The position numbers were made by a program, and so were the translations under genes. A stretch of DNA of 64,000 bases, from the NCBI GenBank assembly GCA_022813865.1, contig JALDZX010000006.1, positions 124,001 to 188,000 of the forward strand. Direction: 5' to 3'. This document shows, piece by piece, positions 1 through 15,500 of the stretch; position 1 is the first letter of the stretch, and every line of letters begins with the position of its first letter. The notes below the pieces were generated by a model. That model saw only the letters and a program-made list of their open reading frames with translations. It did not search any database and had not been told where the DNA came from. Origin of the DNA: Xylographa opegraphella (lineage: Eukaryota).

Positions 1-298
1 TGATTTGCTTCATGGTGTCCTTCTCCCGTTGTGTCTTGACGCGGTCGGTGCGCAGAGTCGTGTAAGGCTCTTTGACGAGCTCCGCTGTGTCGGTCACATC
101 GTAGATAGCCAGCCATTCTGGGAGGCCCTTGCCAGAGCCATCGAGATCGTTGGCGCGGTAGCGGAAACCGTTGGTGAAGAAGGGCAGACGCAGACGGAGC
201 GGGGCGTGCTCGTTATTCCACCAGTCGTCGAATTGGGCGGAGGGGAGACTGGTGTGCGGAGCCATGGTCACGTAGAGGAGGCCGGGAGTAGTGGCCAT
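1..298 (-). CDS. 5' part of a gene running off the window: EthD-like dimeric alpha/beta-barrel N-terminus, probably a 3-carboxymuconolactone hydrolase/decarboxylase (3-oxoadipate enol-lactonase-like)
   Basis: Not in the ORF track. Manual translation from ATG at 298: MATTPGLLYVTMAPHTSLPSAQFDDWWNNEHAPLRLRLPFFTNGFRYRANDLDG...WLAIYDV..., open to the window edge. The FxDWxxxEH motif is EthD-like; the function is inferred from recalled fungal homologues and the two neighbouring genes. Confidence 0.6.
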   Translation of the reverse strand, partial: MATTPGLLYVTMAPHTSLPSAQFDDWWNNEHAPLRLRLPFFTNGFRYRANDLDGSGKGLPEWLAIYDVTDTAELVKEPYTTLRTDRVKTQREKDTMKQI

Positions 299-820
299 GT
301 TGACGAATTTGCTTCAATCAGCTGAGAGGTTCAATTGAAGTGCTTCAGGCTTGGGTGTGGTGTTTTGGGGACGTGAGCAGCGATTGTGAGAGAAACTTCC
401 ATGAATAATGGGTATGGAGCACTGAAGTCACGGTAGTCCTCAATCAATGCTCCTGTCCGGTGCCCACTGCCGAGCCTTGAAGCGGGCGGTTGGTCATGAC
501 ATAGAATCACGTGTTGAGCCATTGATGGAATCCCTCAAAACCGAGACCTCGATTGGTATCTTCGGGGCAACTCGGGCAACCAGCCTGCTGTCGATGACCA
601 TGAAACAACGCTCCCTTCTTGGAGTGAGCAGAAAAAGGAACGAATCCTTCTTCTATTACAGCCTCTTCTAGGGGTGATGCTAACCGGATAGAGACTAGTT
701 CCAGTATTTGCCCCTGAGTTCGAGGTTACTCCAACCTGAATTCCGATGGCAATTACAGTCTGATCTGCTATGTAATACTGGTATTTGGTACGGCAATTGT
801 ACACAGCTTCTATCCTACCG

Positions 821-2070
821 TTAGTCGTACCAAATGGCGTTCATGCCAAATCCCGGGTCTGGAATATCCAGTCGGGCGACCCTTGCCAAAAACTCTTCAT
901 GGAAACGATAAATCTCCACACCTCCCTTGTGGTCATCGGTCAATGCGAGCCATTCGTCACTGAAGTCGCAGGGACTGATCGCGTTCGAGTGACCGCCGCT
1001 TGTAGGAGTGGGTTGAAGGAAGAGTTGTCGCTCGATATTGCCTACGGAGCCAATCTTGAAAGCGCTAATGTAGCCAGTGAGATCGAACGAGTTGGCTCGA
1101 GATGTAGCGAAGAGATACTTGCTACTTTGAGAAAGGCATACAATATCTGCTCTGTACATTTTGAGGTTGAGCCCTAGTGAGAATGTCAATATTGGCCAAC
1201 GAAGAGATCCGATACTTAGATTATGTACCTGGGGGTACTAAAGGATATGTCATGTGTGTGTACACTGGCAGATGCGTGCGTTCATCAATCACGTATACCG
1301 CAAGAGTATTCCCTGCTTCCATCAAGGCGTATAGATACTTTCCGCTCGGATGGATCTCGACCCATCGGGGGTGGTCTCCAGCAGAAGGCGCACCGAGACT
1401 ACCAACGAGTGTGAGATGGCCTGTTTCCGGGTCCTTTTTATGCGTCCAAATCTTGTCTCCCCACATGTCTGCAGAATAAAGATACATTTCCGAAGCATCA
1501 AAGACCATGCCATGTATGGCAGAATCGGGGCTGTATTCGTAATTCTGAATGTTCGACTCAAGCCCTCCACTCTCATTCACGGAAAAAACATTGCCATATC
1601 CAGCATACTTGTAGAACGGGTTGCCATAGACATTGAAGGGCGCTTTCTTAGCAGCGAGAACAAATATAGCCCTTGTATTGGAATCGGAGCTTGAAGCTTG
1701 GGCTACGAGAACATAAGAACAGGCGAGAGAACTAAAGGATGGTCGACACCTACGGTGCCCGCCAATGGGAAGTGAAGCATGGTGAACAATGTCGCTACTA
1801 CTCACCACATTGTAGCTAGAGAATTTTTTCATCGACGCTCCATAGATATTTTTCTTCGTGTGCTGAATACAAAGACATGGATGTTAAGCCGAAATATTTA
1901 ACATCGCACAAGAGAAGTCTACTCACGTCGAACGTCATCCAAGAAATGGGTTCATCATGAGGGATAGTAGTCTTCTTTATCAACTTCAGGCTCAGTGATT
2001 CGTCGTCAAAAACAACAGTAAATATGGCTCCTGGTGGAGTCCAGGTGCCAATCATCAAACGATGAAGCAT
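821..2070 (-). CDS. cmcA: 3-carboxy-cis,cis-muconate cyclase (lactonizing enzyme, beta-propeller), multi-exon
   Basis: Spliced pieces MLHRLMIGTWTPPGAIFTV..EPISWMTFD, NTRAIF, IHGMVFD, GDHPRWV, LMEAGN, TSGGHSNAISP, FGMNAIWYD* closely match Neurospora CMLE as recalled; GT/AG introns separate ORFs 1816-2082, 1221-1832 and 821-1189. Confidence 0.93.
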
Positions 2071-2631
2071 ATTCGAATCCAATGTACAAGAAAAGTCTCG
2101 TCCTGAGACCGATCCCAGCTGCAGAAAGACATCATCGAGACAAGCGTCAACTCAACACCACGTGACTAGCAAACCCTACCTCGAAGTATGGGGAAATATC
2201 ACAAGGAAAATGATGTAATAATGGGCCAGGAGAAGCCGCGCTGAGCCCCGCGCTGTGCTCAAGGTGGGGAAGATCTGGCCCAATGTGTACGGAAAAGCTT
2301 TGATCCGACTCGTCCTCGCGGCCAAACCCAAATGCACTCGCTCTGATTGGCGTGTAGCCGAAGCCCGCAAAAGCAAACCCTCTCGCTAGCACTTTGCGGG
2401 GGCCGCCTGGATGCGATTCCGGCAAATTCGAGGACAGCGGAATGACGAGAACGGAGAGCCGATTGATCTGCCGCCAAGGTCCAAGCCATGTGGTCAACCC
2501 GTACCAGGTGGAGGAGTACGGGCGGCTTCTTCTGTTTTATCTGCGCTCACTCCTCGAGGAAGCATCAACTACCTTAACTACGACCGCAGTCCTTCAAGAA
2601 AATACTGATTGTCTCCCTGTCCCACGTAACC

Positions 2632-3735
2632 ATGGCGCAGCCTCCAGTCACCTCCTCTACCAAGTTCGACCCGAACTTCACCCAGAATGTCATCAATGCC
2701 ATCGGGCCCAAGACTTCACCCCGAGCAAGGGAAGTCTTGTCATCGCTGATCAGGCACGTTCACGACTTTACCAGAGAAACCGAGCTTACCGTGGACGAGT
2801 GGATGATGGGCGTCAATTTCCTCAACGCGGTCGGGCAAATCAGCGACTCCAAGAGAAACGAGGGACAGCGCATTTCAGACGTCATTGGGTTGGAATCGTG
2901 AGCATATGTTTGAGCCGATATGGCAGAGCATTCCTGACTAACGTTACTATAGGCTCGTGGACGAGATAGCTCACAAGCATATGGTTGAAACGGACGACAT
3001 CCCCACATCTTCCTCTATATTAGGACCCTTCTGGAGTCCGAACGCACCTTTTCGAGAACTCGGCGACAGTATCATACAGGACCCGCACAAGGGCCAGGTG
3101 ACACTGATGCACGGCAAAGTGATAGATTTGTACACGAAGAAGGGCATACCGGGTGCCATCGTCGATATCTGGCAAGCTTCCTCAAATGGCAAATACGATT
3201 TCCAGGATCCCGAGAATCAAAGCGACAACAACCTTAGGGGAAAGTTCAGGACCGACAAGGACGGCAATTACGAGCTGGTGTGCTTGAGACCTACTCCCTA
3301 TTCCCTCCCCACCGACGGTAAGCCATTATCATACTTGCTCCACGTTCATTTCGTCACTTGAGCTAACTCGCATATCAAATATCTAGGCCCCGCCGGCACA
3401 CTCCTGAATCTGCTCGATCGGCACCCAATGAGGCCTGCGCACATCCACCTAATGGTAAGCTCGGTCCTCACCAGTCCCCCATTTACACCCTTCTCCCAGA
3501 CTGACCACGCCCCCCTCTCTCCCAGATCAGCCAAGACGACTACAAGCCCGTCGTCAACCAGATCTTCCCGCGCGAAGACCCTTACCTCGCAACCGACTCC
3601 GTGTTCGCGGTCAAGGACGACCTCGTGGTAGATTTCAAGCCCCTCAAAGGCCACAAGGAGGCCACCCTGGAGCTGGATTACAACATCGTTCTGGTGCCGG
3701 CGCCCAAGGACCAAACGCCAACGTCGCATTTATGA
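2632..3735 (+). CDS. prcA: Intradiol ring-cleavage dioxygenase, fungal protocatechuate 3,4-dioxygenase type, 4 exons
   Basis: [62 protein letters not shown] iron-ligand motifs; last exon ...[22 protein letters not shown]...PTSHL TGA at 3733-3735. Substrate is inferred from the adjacent cmcA. Confidence 0.8.
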
Positions 3736-4226
3736 ACGGGGATCTCGACTTGTGGTACCCGGCCGGCGAGGAAATTGAAGGTCTGATTAGCTAGCATAGG
3801 CATACTTTGGACCGAAAAACCCAAGGTTGGAGTCGCAGGATCAGGTTTGGAAAGGGAGAAGGGGGGGGGTTTTGTCGTCACGAATCTGGTGAGGGGCTTG
3901 TGGTAGTGCTTTGAGATTCTTGTACAGTGTCAATGAATTATTTGAACATTTCCATGCACGGAATCACCATGTGTGCACGGAATGGCTGTGAATTCTTCAA
4001 TTTTAGCTCCCTCTTGATATCGCCCGTAAATTAAAGACAAGAATATATACACCCGCAACGTCTCGGTTGACATGGAGGAATGCAAACATGATACGTAAAT
4101 AAACCATGTCAGAGGTATAGATTGATAACGCAGGACGGTATTCTAGATTGGACGAATCATTTCATTATACATCCTATGTCATGTCTTTATATATCCTACC
4201 ACACGAACCCTTCTATATTTCGTCGT

Positions 4227-6756
4227 CTAGAACGGTCCAGAATCCTGAGGACATGCTAGACCCAAGGCAGCGCTCCCACTATCAAAACAATTAGTACATC
4301 TCCGATCTCATCATGGCCGAATTACTGACCTCCTGATATAGCAGACCTTCTGCTCCGCACAGGCCTTGGTGGAGCAGTTCTTGGTCACAACACTGCTCTT
4401 CGTCTCCAGCAAGTTGTACTGCTCCACAATGGTCTGGTTTGTCAACATCGAGTAGGTTACATCGTTGAAGAAGGTGGCATTCAAAGGTGATGTCGCAGGC
4501 CAGGTGCCGTTGACGTTGTACTCGGTGCGCATGTCGTATTCAAACTGCCAGACCGGTACCGACCATGTCAGACTCTCGCTGACGTTGGCGATGTATGTTT
4601 GGGTGTTCATGATTTCGAAAGTTTTGGAATCGACTTGGTAAAGCTGGTAGCCGGCATTGTTGCCTGTGAGGGGAGTGATGGACGGCCCTGGACACCTGAT
4701 TTAGTGTGATTTAATACTTTTTGGGTTACAAACCATACCTATGAACCCAACCGTGAGTGGTACGTTGTAGTTGACATCCGTGGTATTGCGTATTTGAGTC
4801 CCGTTCCTCAAACTTGAAGGGTTGTAATCATAGAACAGTTGGAGCTGATCTTCGTGGGTGTGGCCGAAAAATACCGCGGCGATCGTGGTTGGCGAGAAAC
4901 GACGAACGATGGAATAGAGTAGAGCTGTCGGATTCGGCAGTCCGTTGGTGCCGTCGTATCCACTCAGGACGTGGCAGATGATCCATACTCTGACCCCAGC
5001 GGCTTCCGCCACCATCAGCTCGGAAGCAAGGAACGAGAGCACACCTGAAGGATCAGGGTTCGTAAAGTTCGCATAGTTGAATACATTGTCCTAGAGTAGA
5101 TTAGCCAAAGTCATATTGAGGGAACCCTGGGGATATGCGGCACTTACCACATACCAGAAGTCGGAATTTAGGGAAATAATTCGCAGTCCTGGTGCGGTAT
5201 CAACGGCGTAAGCACCATAGTGGTTTGAGGCGTATTTCGCGGTTGATGCGTTAATCCAGCCACTTTCCTGCCACAACGAGCTCAAGAGATCATAGTTCCA
5301 GGAAAATGCGTTGGACTGCAGGCTTGAATTAGGGTTGAATGTATTAGGAGTATTAAATGCCTCTGGTCAAGTTATTAGTCGATTTGAAAGTATTTAATCT
5401 GAGGTCTTACCTGGGAGCGAGTCGTGGTTGCCCAAAGTAGGGTAAATCGGGATTGCGCCCATCTGTGCCTTGAAGGTTTGATATGTCACTGTTTCCTCAT
5501 ATTCTACGTAGGCCCTGCTTAATTGATCGTCATTGTCGTGGCTTACGATATCACCGGTAAATATCGTGAAGCTGACATCGCTCTTGTTGAAAAACTGACC
5601 CATGGTATCGAAAGCTGATAGAGCCAAATCCGCAGGAGCATCACAGTACAGATATCCAAACCGAGATGCAGGTACAGTGGCGTTCATACTCGTAGTACCT
5701 TTCTTAGTGTTCGTTGACTGAACACGGCAGCAAAGATACTGAGAACAATCTGCCTCGGAGCCGATGTCATAACGGGGATCCAAATGCCAATCCGACAGAT
5801 GAAGCACGTTTATCGTCTCTCCAGATGGGCTGGGTACGACATTGGCACTCGCCGGTTTGGGTGTGAAGTATTGACTTTCATCGATTTCAATGACAGCCGG
5901 AATATCGCAGGCTCCCTGAACATATTTTAGCTGAGCCTCGAGGCGTGAAAGCCAAATTGTGTACCTGGAACCAGCACCAAGCCTGCATGTCTTGGGTTGC
6001 AAATGACATCTTCGCAAAACTAGCTGAAGTTCAGCAAGGAGTACAAGCATCGGAAGTTGCAATTTACTTACAGCTGAGTATAGTAAGGTCCAATGTCACC
6101 AATTCCGGAGAACTCTTGTTCGCAAGTGGTGGCATAAATGCTGAACTTAATGGTATTGCCTCAACATCGGATTAGCAAGGAAAATGGTAGGCTATGAGAT
6201 TTGTATTCACAAAGGCGTATCAGCAAATTTACCACGGTGGAAACTGGCTGGGTTATGGCCGCTAGAGGTCCTCTTTAGCTTGGATACAGGGCAGAAGGCT
6301 GGACCATGGTCATACCGAAGTGCATAATTTCTGTTGCGGCAATGCATTGAGTACAAGAAGTATTAAAAGCACTTCCGTTTGCTATGATGGCAATGATTTC
6401 GTTATAGACACTGTCCTCGATTTGGGATCTACACAGATGGTAAGTCGAACATCATCCAAACAGAGCATCTGTACATACGAGGTAAAGGGAGTAATAGGAG
6501 CTGGGACGGGCGACAGCATGCTCTCTCTACCGAATGGTCAATTGGGTTTGTGGGAAGCTGTTGCAGGCTCTTACGGAGGTACTGGGCCTGATCCATTATA
6601 GTACAGCGTCGGGCCGCCATTGAGCGGCAGTGTGTTCGTGAGCTGCGGATTCAGAGCAGGCGGAGTTTGACGCCTACGATGGCCTCCGTGGCCAAAGGTA
6701 ACGCCGCCGAGGCACAGAAGCACAATGACTGCGGCCGACTGGAGGTTGAACATCAT
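4227..6756 (-). CDS. Secreted acid sphingomyelinase-like calcineurin-type metallophosphoesterase, multi-exon
   Basis: Signal peptide MMFNLQSAAVIVLLCLGGVTFG; motifs HLSDWHLD, FTGDIVSHD, LGNHD, FFGHTHEDQ; Cys-rich end CAEQKVCYIRSGSAALGLACPQDSGPF*. Confidence 0.85.
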
Positions 6757-7175
6757 GCAAATATTATACACAGCAGTCCACTTGAAAGCGTTCCTGTTGC
6801 CCACCGCGTACGTCTCACGATGGGCCATCTCGAGGATTAATAGCTAGAGCTTAGCCCAAACGTTCGCGCTCCGTCGTCATCATCCTCCATGTTCTCCAAC
6901 CTTGCAGTAAGGTAAGCTCCTTCGCATTCGGGATGTAGCATGCTCTGGTGAGGGGCCGTTGCCACACAAACCAATGAGGGCTGCAGTTCAGGACATGCTC
7001 ATGCTGGATACCGGCAGCTTCGAGTAGCTGGGCCTGACACAACAGGCTTAGATCGAGAATCAAAGATGCAGCTACAGGCACCGACAGTGCGATGCAATGT
7101 TTGAATCAAGGTGCTCCGTACGTCATTGGAGAATGGGATGTGAGCTTCCCTCCAGCGAGAAGATTAGATCCGACA

Positions 7176-7181
7176 CACGTG
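7176..7181. promoter_or_regulatory. CACGTG bHLH (PHO/NUC-1/PalcA-type) box about 420 bp upstream of the secreted phosphoesterase
   Basis: Exact CACGTG upstream of a gene type often induced by phosphate starvation; the hexamer also occurs elsewhere in the window, so it may be chance. Confidence 0.2.
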
Positions 7182-7655
7182 CACCGCGGGTCCACAAGCG
7201 TTGGCGTCCTCAAGCGACGAGCCTTCCTTCTTTAGCATAGTGCGGTCGAGTCTAAACTACTGCCGAGTGCCATGGCAGGTAGCCGAATTCCTTAACACGA
7301 ACCACACGGCTGCAGGAACCAACGTGGGACTCCCGAGTGATTCGGGGAAATGCTAAAGTCATTGGCCAGGAGGACACACGGGGAATTTGATTCCAGCAGA
7401 CCTGAACTCTGGATGTCAAGACTACAGCTCAACCCCACCCGTACGAGATGAGTTGCTACGGTTGACTCGACTCGCACGCCTCTCACGAATACGCTGGCTA
7501 CTGACCAATACCACGACCACGATCAGCTCGAGGTACCTTTGTCAATGCTGATACTGCTGCATTATAATCGCTGCTAGAATTGCTGACGCCTCCGCTCCTA
7601 CTCCTGCACATCCAGAATGCTCCGCTTTCATAACCCGTGAACCATAAAACCCCCT

Positions 7656-10020
<2,365 letters not shown>

Positions 10021-12525
10021 GTTTGACTACTCGAAGCTGCTCGAAGTTGAAGGAATGGGCGATGGATTTGAAGGCAATGAAAGGACGTGGCTTTTCAGCA
10101 GTAGCAAGTGGAAGAAGGTCTGGAAAAGGAGGTGAACGATTGATTGTTACCGGCAATACTAATGGCAGCGTGAGAAATCTAACGGCTAAGAATGACGGAA
10201 AAGTGGCAGCTGGGCAGCAGTTTGATGTAGGGTTTCGGATGTTTACATATGCTCTGGTGAAATTCAAGGAGCACTACGAATGAACGGGGATGTTTGCAGC
10301 TGAGGCTCATTGGCCTGTGACAGGGGTTCCGCCTTATGGGAGTGGCTGTTCACTGCAAGCATGCGTGGCTTTGCAAGAGCCCCTTTGCGGATGGTGGAAC
10401 AATATACCAATCCACCGGGGCGCAGTTACGAGGTCTTTGATATTTTCGACCGATTCCTTCAAAGGTCTTGACCTATCTGCTTGCTTTGTTGACACGACTG
10501 CCCCACCCCAAACAATCGTTCCCTGCCCCGGGGTTTAAAAATACATCGGAGCTAAGGTAGTTGCGGATCGCTCGTTCCTGAATTAGTGTGCTTCGGGAAG
10601 CCACTAAGCTCGCGTCATCGCCCCTCTTGGACTGCCAGGCTCCTCGCACGGAGAATCTTTTGCAAATACGGTCGATCCTCTCGACGTGTAAATCATGGGT
10701 TGATGGGAGTGTCTCGAGGCAGAACACGCGATAATTGGCTCTAAACCGTTGGTGAGGACTTTCCAGCCCCTTTCATGGCCTTCGACCATCCTTCACCTCG
10801 TTTTCAATTTCAAAACCGATGGTTCGAACTGTGCTTCTCATCCACTATGCACAAGCTTGCACAACGTCCATCTTGTTCTCTCCACGTAAATTCTATTGCT
10901 TGATTGCTAATTGGGGTTCTAGAGATGTCATGTTTTCCGACTCGCCGCTTTAAAAAGCTTAGAGGGAGGCAGTGTGCAGCGCATTATTGAGCTCGTCTAC
11001 CATATAGAGCTGATCGTTATTGGCCCACAAAGAGAAATCTACAAATGGCAGAGACAGCCTTGCAATGGCCTATAACTCGTGGCATTTCTATGCATGCCAA
11101 AGAGAAATCAAAAAATCTTTGTGACACGGGTCAATAATGTAAAATTCGTACCGCGAGCAGGGCACATACTACCATCCCCATGATTCTAATACTGAACGCT
11201 CAGAATTCTAAGTGGAGTTGACTGGCGTCGATACTCGATGTCTCGACAAGAAAATGATGATAGCCATTATCTCTCCCTTTGCTTTCTTCCAGTTGGCTGT
11301 ACAATTCTTGTTTCGAAACACAGCTTATTGTGTTTTCGACTTCGATTGTGACCGTAAGAGCGATGAGCCTGATGAGTAAGGTTTCGGAGAAAAGAGATGA
11401 CCAAATAGGAGAAAGCCAAAAGTTCCATCTGCCGCGCCCAGAGACTTTAGAACCTCTCTGTACCAAGAGAAAGTCGACGAGAAAGCGACGTTGACACCAA
11501 CTTTACAATGAATTTTCCCACCACTGGCTGATGCTACCTATGCCCAGAAAAATCTCACTCGTAGATTTAGTGGCCTTCATGGGGCGACGACTGGATCGAT
11601 TCAAGTGCCTTGTTGATACGTCGACTTTGGTGTCCCTCGTCCTCTCGATTCTCGGTGTACCATAGCGGAGTTGCCGTCAGCCACTCCAATCCAGCCTTCT
11701 CGCAATCTTTGCCAGCTTCTCACCACAAGTAATTTCTCCTGCGATACTGTTCTATCCATATGATAACATCTTGTAATCAGTATGTCGCTCACTCGTTGCT
11801 AAGAAGAACATCAACCATTGCTTCTTGAAGTGCCAGTTTGACGTCAAATTCCTTGCACAATATGTTTAATGCCTCTATTAACAATATCACAGTCATTCAT
11901 TTCGTAGATCTGATCTTGACGTCCCTGATCTGTAGCACAATCTCCTGGGCGCGGCTTCACACGATAGTACCCTCATACATTCTGAGGAGTTGACTCGCGA
12001 TGGCCAATTATCACTCTCAATCGGTTGCGCTGTGAAGCTGAGTGAACGCACATGAAAAACAAACCATATAGTGTAGGCTGTGATGCTCTCGCCGTTCGAT
12101 GTGAACGTGCTGCGTGCGCGAAGGGGCTGAACGGATGCGGAGTTGCAATACGTAGATTCTGACTACAGCACTTAGGGCGGTCCACCAAGGAATGCCATTT
12201 GAACTTCAAGTCCTCCCACCCAACCAACTCCCGTTAGCCAAGGTCACTCCATTCAACGTGTATAGATCTCGCCCTCATAGCACTTGCTCCCTTCGCCTCT
12301 TGCCTGTTGACCAGATCTTACCTTAATACCACAAGCCCAGACTACTCGCGTGCAGGACCCCCCTCTTAGACCGCGTTCATCGGCAACGCCAAAGCTCACA
12401 CCTGGCTCGAGAAGCGCAACTCCCATGCTCCATGTCAACAAACAGAACGCTACGATAGTATACGTCTGTTGGAGAGCGACGAGATGCTACAGCGCAAAAG
12501 ATCACGGTAGCAGGCTTATTTGAGC

Positions 12526-15500
12526 ATGTCGCGCGCTTCGAAGGGGTTCGCAGACTTCTTTCCAACTGCGCCCTCAGTACTCCAGCAGAAACGCACAAAA
12601 ATTGCACAGCATCGCAAAAGGCCAAACCTTTCGGCAGCGGAAGAGCCAGTTGCCCATGAAAATTCACAGACCACACACGTCAATACGGGAAATGCTGATG
12701 TGGAACACCCGCTTGTCACAAACGGCATACATCGTGAGGAGACCACATCTGGGCCAAGTCCAGTCACTCAAGAGGAGACTGAATTTCTACAAGGTGACTT
12801 GCTGAATGGTGTGGGATCGGCGAGCTCAAGTAGCACGACTTCTTCTGTGTTCAGCAACCACCACCCTACTGAGATTATCTCGAACGGTAATGGAGGGATT
12901 CTGCTGGCAACTCTAACACCATTAACGAACACCGATTCCTCGCCACCACGTAGAAACGATAGTCCTCCAAAACGTGCTAAGCAATTTCCTTTATCTGGCA
13001 TAAATGTACATCACGAAGCCCCACCTGTTTTACCGGCGCCCACCGATATGGACCAGATATCTGCAGCATTGACGCCAATTAGTTCACCCGGATCAGGTCC
13101 TTCCCAGGCAAGGCCTGGAAGGGGCGAGCCTAAGGGGACCAAAGCTATTTATGATCCAGAGCTCGACAAGAAGCTAAGTTCCAAGGACAAGAAGAGTCGC
13201 AAGGTTCAATACACAACGTTTGGGGAAGAGGTATGTTCGCGCCCTGACTCCGCCTGGCTGGTGGGAGCCTATATTGATTGCTCTCCAGGACGACGAAGCG
13301 CCTCCTGACGACCCACGTTTGCGAATAGCCAATTACACCAAAGGCGCTGCCAACAAACAGAAACACCGCCTGCGATTTGCGCCATACACTCTGAAACACT
13401 ATCCTTACGATGCGGAGACTTCAGTGGGACCTGGACCGGCTACGAGGATTGTTGTTACGGGATTCGACCCTCTTTCCCCAGCGAGTCAGATCCACCACCT
13501 CTTCTCGAGTTTTGGTGAAATCGCAGAGATCAGCAACAAGACAGATCCAACAAACGGTAGTTTCATTGGAGTGTGCTTGATTCGTTATAGAGATTGCAAA
13601 TCTGTGCGGGGGGGTCCTCCAGTGTCCGCCATCAATGCAGCAAAACGGGCACACGCTGAGTGTAGAACTGGTCAACACCGGGTTGGGTTGAGACCTGTGG
13701 CTGCAGACCTCGACCGAGATGGAACAGTCTGCCGTCGAGCCATTGCGAAAGTGTTGGAAAAGAACCAACCGAAGGTAGTGATGCCAGTCAAGAAGGAAAC
13801 CGAGGTTAAAAAGGAATCAGTGACAGTAGATATGTCCGGTCCTCCACCTACAGCACCTAAGGGGCCTTCTGGGAAATCCTCCGTGAGGCCTCCATTTCCT
13901 CCAACAGAAGGACCCCGAGGTGTCCCTGCCAAGCCCGCAGTTGCCACGCTTGTGGAGGAAAAGCCAGTACTGGAGACCATTAAGAGGGATCCATACATTT
14001 TCATTGCTCACTGTTATGTTCCTGTACTAAGCACAACAGTACCGCATTTAAAGAAGAGGCTGAAGATATTTGATTGGAAGGATGTACGTTGTGACAAAAC
14101 AGGCTACTATATTGTCTTTGATGACTCGCGAAAGGGCGAAGAGGAAGCTGCCAAATGTTTCAAACTCTGTCATATGACCCCGCTGTTCACATATGTGATG
14201 AACATGGAATGTCAACAATATGGAAACCCCAGCTATGAGCGAAGTCCCAGCCCTGAAAGAGTCCTTGCCGAAAAAGCCCAGAAGGCTGAAGATGAGAGAT
14301 TGCAAAGGGAAATGGAGCTAGATATTGAAGAGGAGAAATTGCTACGTGCTAGGGACCTTGACCCAGTCCGTGCCATGATCGAGATCGTTCAAAAAGAGCT
14401 TCGAGACAAGCTCTTGGAAGATGTCAAATCAAGAATTGCAGGACCAGCTCTATATGACTACTTAGATCCCGATCGTCACGTGGAAAAGCGCCGAAGGCTC
14501 AACATATCACATCCGGATGATACTAAAAGACCCGGTATTCACATCGATAGAGCTGACGATACGCCACCAACAGGCACGCCAGACTCTCGGAATGATGTGT
14601 ACATAGGCGGGCGTAGGCCATTTGGAGCATCTACACTGAATATCTCTGCACTACCTAGAATTCGCAAGGGTATTGGCAATAAACGAGAAAACGTTGCTTT
14701 CACTGATGAGCGACGCAAACAGCGTACAAGGAAGATTGACGTTCGGCCACTGCATTATCGCCTTCACCAGTTCCACGATGACGAAGACGAATCCGACGAT
14801 GAGAGGCGCACGTCTCTCACAAGAGATACTGAAGAACGTGATAGTCGACCAATGAGTCGAATGAGCATGAATTCTGATTCAGATGAAGAGGAAGATGATG
14901 CTCGTAGTAGGAAAAAGAGCCGTCGTGATCGTGGCCCGGCATGGGGCGGTGTAAGTGAAGACGAGGAAGAGGAAGAAGAGCAGGACGAGAGGCCTCATAT
15001 TACAGACATTCAAGCACCTATATCTGGTGATCCCGAACTAGATGCACTTGAAAGTAGTGCCTACGAGCTTCCTGAGAACTCCAGAAAGAGGAAGAGACTT
15101 CTGAAGGACCTAGCAGCGAGAAAGCGACAGAAGGAGGATGCTGAGCTCTTTGGTATTGGAAAAGATGACGATCAAATTATAGAGCCACTGCCAGAAATAT
15201 CCACTGACGACTTCGTCACAGAGATTAAACTGCTCGCAGAAGATAGTGGTGCCGAAGCTTTAATCAAAGAAACCGATGAAACACCAGAGCAGGACTCCGA
15301 TGTAACGAAGCCTAAGCAGAAGAAACCGAGGGCGAAGAAGAAGACCAAAAAGCAAATCTTCGAAGAGCGCGAAGCACTGAAAAAGGAGCAAGCTAAGGCA
15401 GATTTCGAGAAACTGCTTGCGAGCGCCCCACTAGTCGATGAGATTCAACCAGTGGAAGAACCAGATATCGAAGAAGCGGCCGCGGCTGATGTGCAATGGG

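Noticed and set aside
5..325. 106-aa plus-strand ORF
   Set aside because: Antisense shadow of the real minus-strand gene starting at 298.
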